Shown here in pieces: positions 58,241 to 64,000 of a DNA stretch of 64,000 nucleotides. The stretch lies in contig OY970393.1 in NCBI GenBank assembly GCA_963720465.1, positions 160,001 through 224,000 of the forward strand. Reading direction: 5' to 3'. Under the pieces are notes generated by a model that saw only the letters and a program-made list of their open reading frames with translations, made no database searches and was not told the DNA's origin. Position 1 is the stretch's first letter; each line of letters opens with the position of its first letter. The DNA is from Methanobacteriota archaeon. GTDB lineage: Archaea > Halobacteriota > Bog-38 > Methanoflorentales > Methanoflorentaceae. Both the position numbers and the translations under genes were made by a program.

Positions 58241-60055
58241 ATGCGACTTCTGTTAATGCACGTCGACTACATCGAGTACGAGGTCACAAAGGCAAGCAAG
58301 TACGCTGAAGAAATCGAAGATTCACGCAAACACGCGCGGATGGAGGAAGCTTTAGTCGCCTTTGTCGCTGCAGAACGCGGTGACGAGACCAGTATTGACG
58401 ATGTGGCAACCGAAGCGGCGACTGCGATAGGCGATGTTGCGACTAAGGTAGCCACGAAGAGGGTGATGATCTATCCCTACGCACATTTGAGTTCCGAGTT
58501 GGCGTCACCCGAGACTGCTTTGAACATCCTGCAGAAGATTGAATCTCTGCTCGTCGCCTGTGAAGTGCTGAGAGCGCCATTCGCATGGTATAAATCGTTC
58601 AGTTTGAAGTGCAAGGGTCATCCTCTTGCTGAGTTATCCAGATCTATCCATCCAGAGGCAAAACCGCAGAAGAAGAAAGTCGAAAGAGAATTTTACGTCC
58701 TTGATCCTGACGGAATGATAACTCCGGCGACTGCGTTTCACTCGACGGACGCTGAATTTACAGACATTATTAGTTACGAATTGGGACAACACGCCCTCCA
58801 CACCACGGAAGCGGAGCTGCCGCATATTAAGCTAATGAAAGAGAAGGAGCTCGTCGAGTACGAGCCGCTGTCAGACGTCGGACACCTCAAGTGGTTGCCG
58901 AAAGGCAAGCTAGTACGCGATCTCCTGATCGACTATTCGTATCTGCTGGCGGTGAATTACGGCGCTATGCCGGTCGAGACGCCGGTTATGTATGACCTTT
59001 CGAGCAGAGCGGTGAGTGAACACGCAAGTAAGTTTGGTGAGCGACAATATCGGCTGAAAGCGGGCGCCCGCGATATGATGCTCAGATTCGCCGCCTGCTT
59101 CGGCATGTTTAGCATGATGCACCAGATGCATTTGACTGAAAAAGACCTGCCGCTGAAACTGTACGAGCTTTCGACTTATTCTTTCAGGTATGAGCAGCGA
59201 GGCGAAGTGACTGGCCTCAAGCGTCAACGGGCGTTCACGATGCCTGACATGCACACCGCTTGCCGAGAGATGAGCGAAGCCAAGCGTTTTTTCATCGAGC
59301 AGCTGAGACTCGGGTTCAAATCGGGTTTGGATCTCGACGTGAAATATCAGGCGATATTTCGGAGCACGAGGGCATTTTATGATGACAACAAAAAGTGGGT
59401 AGAGCAGATCGCTCGCGAGTTTAAGCGCCCCTTCTTGGTAGAACTCTTGTCAGAACGCGTTCATTACTGGGTCTGCAAGTGCGATCTCGCGGCTTTAGAT
59501 ACTTCGCGGAAACCAATCGAATGTCCGACCGTTCAAATTGACGTGGAGAGCGCAGAGCGGTTTGATATCAAGTACTATACCGAAGCGGGAGAACGCTGGC
59601 CCATTATCCTGCATACGTCGCCGACGGGTGGCATAGAGCGCGTGCTTTGCGCGATCCTCGAGGCGCAGGCGTTCGAGAGAGTCCCGGCCCTTCCCGTATG
59701 GCTCGCCCCGACGCAGGTGAGGGTCGTTCCTGTCTCCGAAAAGCATCTTCAATACGCGCGAGAGATCGCAAGCGAGGTCAGAAATGCGAAAATACGCGTT
59801 GACATCGACGACCGCGATGAGTCAGTCAGCAAGAAAGTCGCCTCTGCCGGGAGAGAATGGGTGCCCTATGTCGTTGTCATCGGGGAAAAAGAGGAACAGA
59901 GGAAAAGCCTCGCCGTGACGGTACGCTTTTCGGGGCAAAAAGAATCGATGACTACTAATACGCTGATAGATCACGTGCGCCAAAAAATCGAGCAAATGCC
60001 TTATCGACCACCAACATTACCCGAAATGCTCTCGCAGCGACCAAAATTCGTGTGA
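58241..60055 (+). CDS. thrS: Threonyl-tRNA synthetase (archaeal type)
   Basis: Archaeal editing domain (MRLLLMH..YPYAHLSS..CKGHPL.ELSR), LRFAACFG, FTMPDMH, LH.SP.G.IER. Confidence 0.97.
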   Translation: MRLLLMHVDYIEYEVTKASKYAEEIEDSRKHARMEEALVAFVAAERGDETSIDDVATEAATAIGDVATKVATKRVMIYPYAHLSSELASPETALNILQKIESLLVACEVLRAPFAWYKSFSLKCKGHPLAELSRSIHPEAKPQKKKVEREFYVLDPDGMITPATAFHSTDAEFTDIISYELGQHALHTTEAELPHIKLMKEKELVEYEPLSDVGHLKWLPKGKLVRDLLIDYSYLLAVNYGAMPVETPVMYDLSSRAVSEHASKFGERQYRLKAGARDMMLRFAACFGMFSMMHQMHLTEKDLPLKLYELSTYSFRYEQRGEVTGLKRQRAFTMPDMHTACREMSEAKRFFIEQLRLGFKSGLDLDVKYQAIFRSTRAFYDDNKKWVEQIAREFKRPFLVELLSERVHYWVCKCDLAALDTSRKPIECPTVQIDVESAERFDIKYYTEAGERWPIILHTSPTGGIERVLCAILEAQAFERVPALPVWLAPTQVRVVPVSEKHLQYAREIASEVRNAKIRVDIDDRDESVSKKVASAGREWVPYVVVIGEKEEQRKSLAVTVRFSGQKESMTTNTLIDHVRQKIEQMPYRPPTLPEMLSQRPKFV

Positions 60056-60126
60056 ACGAACGCGAGATTTGTTCATCCTTTTCAAGCGGAAAGTCAATTC
60101 GTCCTTGTATTTAACAGAGCCAGACC

Positions 60127-61587
60127 TCAGAATGTATCATCCTGTGCATAGCTCCTGCCCAGCTCGAGAGCGATTTCTGCCTTTTTCAACTCGCGTCCAA
60201 GATACGCTGCATGGGAGGCTGTGGATACGAGCTCAAGCTCAAGAATAGCATCAAGTATACGTTTCGCGGAAATGCCTCGTACGGCGGTTCCCGTGTCGTG
60301 CCTCGCAACGATCATCCCTTCTTTGACACCGATCACGAAATTGCCAGATGGGTCAGGCGCCCACTTCGCTGTGTCAAAATCCTTTGCGTCGAGGACGTTC
60401 TTGCTGGTGATTTGATACTCGGGTCGCCGCCTGCGCTCTTTCAATACGAGAAGATCAATGCCTAGATCTTTGGGTGGACTTTTTCGGTGCTGCGCGAGCT
60501 GCATCATCTGAGCTGCTGTCTTCAGCTCCTTAACGCTGCCCTTTGCTTTGTCACTGTGCTCAGGAGTGAAGAGCACGCCAACACCGAGCTCCATTGCCAG
60601 ACCGGCAAGCAGAGCGTTAGCTCCTATCGAATCTGCTTCCATAAGCTCAACGATATTGCCGACGCCGAGGAACAGTGGGACGTTGCTGACCGATCTGACG
60701 TGGAGGTACTCTGCGAGCGAGTTGGAGGCGCCACTGCCTATCGGGTACAACACGGGATCGGCGATGATTTTGCTGATGCCAAAAGTGCGCGCGAGGGCCA
60801 CGGCAGAGCAAACGTCGCCGTTTTCGGGCAACACCACAACTGCAAGGTCTTTTCTTGCGACTGTGGGCCCTATCTCAGCGGCGTTTTCTGCCGTAAATGA
60901 GAGAACGAGGTCAGCGCCTGACTCTATTCCAGTGCATATGAGCTCTGGATCGAGACTATCGATGCTGAGGGGGACATTGTACTCACCGGTTACCGCGCTG
61001 ACCTCCGCAAAAGTGCGGCTCACCTCGCGCTTCGCGGTCCCAAGAGGTATGCCGACGTCGATGATGTCCGCCCCGTTGCGTACATGCTGCAAAGCAATGC
61101 GCTTGGCATCTGCAACTGGGGCGTCGATTATCTCTCCAAGGACCTTCATTCGAGAGTTTCCTCCGATTTTGAGGTCTCGAATTTTGAAATCATAGGCTGC
61201 AGAGCTTTCTAGCTGCGCCAATAGGTTCAAGGCGTCACTTCTGCGCTTTTCGCGAATGATGCGGTCAGCTGGCTCATTGAGTGAAAGTAGGGATTGATCG
61301 AGGGAGTTAAGCACCAAGCCGAGGTCATAGGCCTGTTTTGGGCCCAGAGCAATTTTCACGCTCAGCTCATTACCGAGCGCCCCAAAGTCAGCGGGATTCG
61401 CAGCGCCGGGAATCAAGATCACATCGTGCTTGTGACTCTGCCGTCTCGCGAACTCGACATACGCTTCCCTTAAGAGGGAAGGCGTCATCAGCGCCGCAAT
61501 GTCTACATCTAGAACCAACACATCTGCGCCTGCGCCTACAGCCTCTTTAACGACGTGTTCGGCGCAGCGACCGGTCGCCACAAGCAC
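60127..61587 (-). CDS. Dihydropteroate synthase-related protein with C-terminal DUF4346-like domain
   Basis: VATG..A, LGPK.A.DL, RMKV.GEI.DA, GADIID.G, DS.G.NA.LA, DP.GNF, HAAYLGREL.KAE.AL. Confidence 0.85.
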   Translation of the reverse strand: MLVATGRCAEHVVKEAVGAGADVLVLDVDIAALMTPSLLREAYVEFARRQSHKHDVILIPGAANPADFGALGNELSVKIALGPKQAYDLGLVLNSLDQSLLSLNEPADRIIREKRRSDALNLLAQLESSAAYDFKIRDLKIGGNSRMKVLGEIIDAPVADAKRIALQHVRNGADIIDVGIPLGTAKREVSRTFAEVSAVTGEYNVPLSIDSLDPELICTGIESGADLVLSFTAENAAEIGPTVARKDLAVVVLPENGDVCSAVALARTFGISKIIADPVLYPIGSGASNSLAEYLHVRSVSNVPLFLGVGNIVELMEADSIGANALLAGLAMELGVGVLFTPEHSDKAKGSVKELKTAAQMMQLAQHRKSPPKDLGIDLLVLKERRRRPEYQITSKNVLDAKDFDTAKWAPDPSGNFVIGVKEGMIVARHDTGTAVRGISAKRILDAILELELVSTASHAAYLGRELKKAEIALELGRSYAQDDTF

Positions 61588-61652
61588 TCGTGCGATAGAT
61601 TTCCACCACTAACTACATACTCTTAATATGTTATATCAGAATTACTGATGAT

Positions 61653-62318
61653 ATGAAGTTTGATCTGCACATTCATTCACACTTTTCTCCTGACTCAAAC
61701 AGCTCAGTGGAAGCGATACTTAAGCAGGCACAAGAAGCGGGTCTGGACGGACTCGCGATTACTGATCACGATTCTGTGCAATCTTTCTTTGATGCAGCGA
61801 GGCTTACGGAAGATCTAGGACTGAATCTAATCATACTACCGGGCGCTGAGATCTCAACAGCGGAGGGCCATTTGATAACGCTCGGAAATCACACTCTTGT
61901 GCCCCCCGGTCTATCTGCTTCTGAAACCATCAAATGCGCTCACGGCGGCGGCGGCATCGTCGTGGCGCCGCATCCGTTCGAATTGTTCAGAAATGGCATT
62001 CGGAGTTTGCGCAACAAGAGGATAGACGCTGTCGAAGCGTTTAATTCAAGGGACCTTCTTGGAGTCTCAAATTATCTCGCGACTCGTTCAGCTGCCCGGC
62101 TGAACCTTGGGGTCACCGGCGGAAGTGATTCTCACTACGTGGAGACGGTCGGTTTTGGGTACACTGAAGTAGATACTGCGAGCGGCGTCACTGTGCAGGA
62201 CATACTACGCGCCATACAGGCCGGTAGATCTAAAGCCGGGGGCCACGTGTCGCCTCGTCTCCGGTCAACAAGTTATTCACTTAAGGCGCGGGTCTTGAAT
62301 CATAGGAATAGCCGCTAA
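61653..62318 (+). CDS. PHP-domain phosphoesterase
   Basis: DLHIHS, AITDHD, G.EIST..GH, APHP, GGSDSH. Confidence 0.9.
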   Translation: MKFDLHIHSHFSPDSNSSVEAILKQAQEAGLDGLAITDHDSVQSFFDAARLTEDLGLNLIILPGAEISTAEGHLITLGNHTLVPPGLSASETIKCAHGGGGIVVAPHPFELFRNGIRSLRNKRIDAVEAFNSRDLLGVSNYLATRSAARLNLGVTGGSDSHYVETVGFGYTEVDTASGVTVQDILRAIQAGRSKAGGHVSPRLRSTSYSLKARVLNHRNSR

Positions 62319-62366
62319 ATTACCCTTAACAACATCAAACTGGGCGTCTCAGTTCGGACGTGCGGA

Positions 62367-63071
62367 TCAGATGATCGTCAAAAGTGCCTCTTCAAGCTGG
62401 TGCGGGCTGTCGAGAATCGTGATTCCTTCCGAATCTCTTAGGGTTTGGACGTTGTGTTTGTCAATGTCGCGGACGACGAGGTTCACTGTCCCCTCTTGGA
62501 TCGCGCCATAATCACAAACGTCTTTGCACAAGCCGCAGCCATCGCATTTTAGGTAGTCGATTTGCTCGTCAATCGCATCGTTTGGGCAAGCTTGAGCGCA
62601 TTCTCGGCATCCAGTGCAGAGATCTCTATTTATGAAGTAAGGCACAGGACTTTTAACGCTGCCTACAATATCGACAGGAACGATGAAAACCAGAACCCCG
62701 CCTTTCACGGCGTGCGCGACCGCATTAGTAACAAGTGTATCTGCAATGCCGTGGGCTATTTTGGCTATCGTATTGGACGTAGTCGGGGACACAAACAATG
62801 CGTCATAGATGCCGCGCGAGAAGCGCCCAGTCTTTGGATAGCTCCATCCTTGTTCGCGTTCGAGTATGACCTCCTCCATGTACCCTCCAGGAGAAACTCG
62901 ATCCAATTGTTGAAAAAGGCCGTATACCCGTGCAACCTCCTCTGCAGCCCGCGAGACAAATGAAGTCACAGCGACGCGGTCGCCGTAGACTTCCTTTGCT
63001 CTCACGAACAAATCAAACGTTTCCCGTAAATGATGCCCAGCTCCCGTAATGCCCCACGCGATTCTTACCAT
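62367..63071 (-). CDS. dmrX: Dihydromethanopterin reductase (DmrX-type flavoprotein with ferredoxin domain)
   Basis: IAWGITGAGH, P.TSNTIAKI..GIADTLVTNAVA, two CxxCxxC motifs. ATG 63071. Confidence 0.8.
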   Translation of the reverse strand: MVRIAWGITGAGHHLRETFDLFVRAKEVYGDRVAVTSFVSRAAEEVARVYGLFQQLDRVSPGGYMEEVILEREQGWSYPKTGRFSRGIYDALFVSPTTSNTIAKIAHGIADTLVTNAVAHAVKGGVLVFIVPVDIVGSVKSPVPYFINRDLCTGCRECAQACPNDAIDEQIDYLKCDGCGLCKDVCDYGAIQEGTVNLVVRDIDKHNVQTLRDSEGITILDSPHQLEEALLTII

Positions 63072-63093
63072 AGCCTCTCCACCTGTTCTGATC

Positions 63094-63675
63094 TTAATCC
63101 TGCGGTTTGGATGTGCGCGTGTGGCCAAGATATTTTTTTAGAAGCTCGAATGCTTCAAGCTCGCGCCTTCCACCGCACTTTCTAACGATGCCCTCGCAGT
63201 GAGTCATTCGCTCGAGGTAAGCTGGGTCTTCAAGGGTCTGATAACGTGTTGCGTGAATCGTTGCTTCAAGCACAGCGCAAAATGCTCTGTTCACAGGTAT
63301 TATCGGTCTCTGCAGGACGACAGATCTCACAGGCTTAAGCTCTACTATGGCGCTTTTTTGAGTCGGTTTTTCCAAAATCGAACATGCAAATTCTACCCAT
63401 GCGTACGCTGCCTTTAGGACTGGCGCTTTCTCATCGGGGAAAAAAAAATCGAGGTCGAGATCCTCAAAGGCGGTTTTTACGTAAAGCAACGGATCCGCAA
63501 CAAAGTTGGCAACTAGCTGACGATTTTTCTTAACGTTCAAAAAGGTGTGGCTGTCTTTGTAAACGACAATGTAGAGGGAGCCGCGATTTATGACGCCCAT
63601 AGGTGCGGCGTTGGGCTGGCCATTGCGCGTCGTTGCTATGACTTCTGAGATGCCTTCGTAAAATTGCACATCCAT
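63094..63675 (-). CDS. DUF447-family protein
   Basis: EGISEVIATT, NAAPMG, S.T..N, NRA...V.EA.IHATR. Confidence 0.8.
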   Translation of the reverse strand: MDVQFYEGISEVIATTRNGQPNAAPMGVINRGSLYIVVYKDSHTFLNVKKNRQLVANFVADPLLYVKTAFEDLDLDFFFPDEKAPVLKAAYAWVEFACSILEKPTQKSAIVELKPVRSVVLQRPIIPVNRAFCAVLEATIHATRYQTLEDPAYLERMTHCEGIVRKCGGRRELEAFELLKKYLGHTRTSKPQD

Positions 63676-64000
63676 CAGTACCGGAAGCCTCCTAAGAGCA
63701 CGACAAATAATGATCCAATCACGAGATCGGCTGTCGTTCCGGGGTTGACGTGCCGCGCGACGAGCTCGTTGTCGAACTCATCAGCGTCGCCCTCTTTCAG
63801 TATGTGGGCTGCTTTTGCCGAAACTTCAAGGGCTAAATCAGTGCTGAATTTTTTCGCTATGAGTGTATCGGGGAACTCACTGAGGAGTCGAAGAAATAAG
63901 TGCACAATTGAATTCTTAACACTGAGTCCCGATTCAACATAGTGTGTCACCAACTCGGCGCCGTAAAAAGTGCGGGGAAACCCTTCAATCCACTCCTTTG
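63675..64000 (-). CDS. CitG-family (triphosphoribosyl-dephospho-CoA synthase-like) protein, C-terminal part
   Basis: PDTLI.KK, NPGTTADL; the frame is open to the window edge (KEWIEGFPRT...). Confidence 0.8.
   Translation of the reverse strand, partial: KEWIEGFPRTFYGAELVTHYVESGLSVKNSIVHLFLRLLSEFPDTLIAKKFSTDLALEVSAKAAHILKEGDADEFDNELVARHVNPGTTADLVIGSLFVVLLGGFRY

Noticed and set aside
471-63942. Numerous antisense/shadow ORFs in the supplied track
   Set aside because: They overlap well-supported genes on the opposite strand or in another frame and lack motifs.
1-64000. CRISPR array, rRNA genes, intact transposase or integrase
   Set aside because: No regularly spaced repeats, rRNA-like sequence, or DDE/tyrosine-recombinase catalytic motifs were seen by eye.

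Overview
Archaeal chromosome segment from a methanogen-type Halobacteriota organism (inferred from HdrABC, coenzyme M and H4MPT genes, Fae, AglB, archaeal ThrRS and aIF-1). 1-6.6 kb: a coenzyme M biosynthesis locus (cysteate synthase, ComDE fusion, N-terminus of a DUF39/marker-16-like gene) with an embedded hdrC-hdrB-hdrA operon whose fused MvhD domain lacks its Cys ligands. About 6.6-31.9 kb: a mosaic accessory region ending at a tRNA-Val(CAC). It holds an ApeA-like HEPN gene, membrane proteins and pseudogenes, an unusual HD-phosphohydrolase/IF-2B-like fusion, a GH-A clan hydrolase, an FkbM methyltransferase, a frameshifted nurA-herA-mre11-rad50 operon and an orphan terminase pair. It is punctuated by four degenerate copies of a small ORF family, three of which run into tRNA-Val-like att sequence, resembling split-integrase int(N)/att scars. 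32-64 kb: mostly housekeeping genes (DNA methyltransferase, 2-oxoacid:ferredoxin oxidoreductase, aIF-1, hypD, surE, fae, aglB, ABC transporter, glycosyltransferases, tRNA methylthiotransferase, thrS, pterin-related genes). All calls come from motif recognition by eye; no database searches were run.
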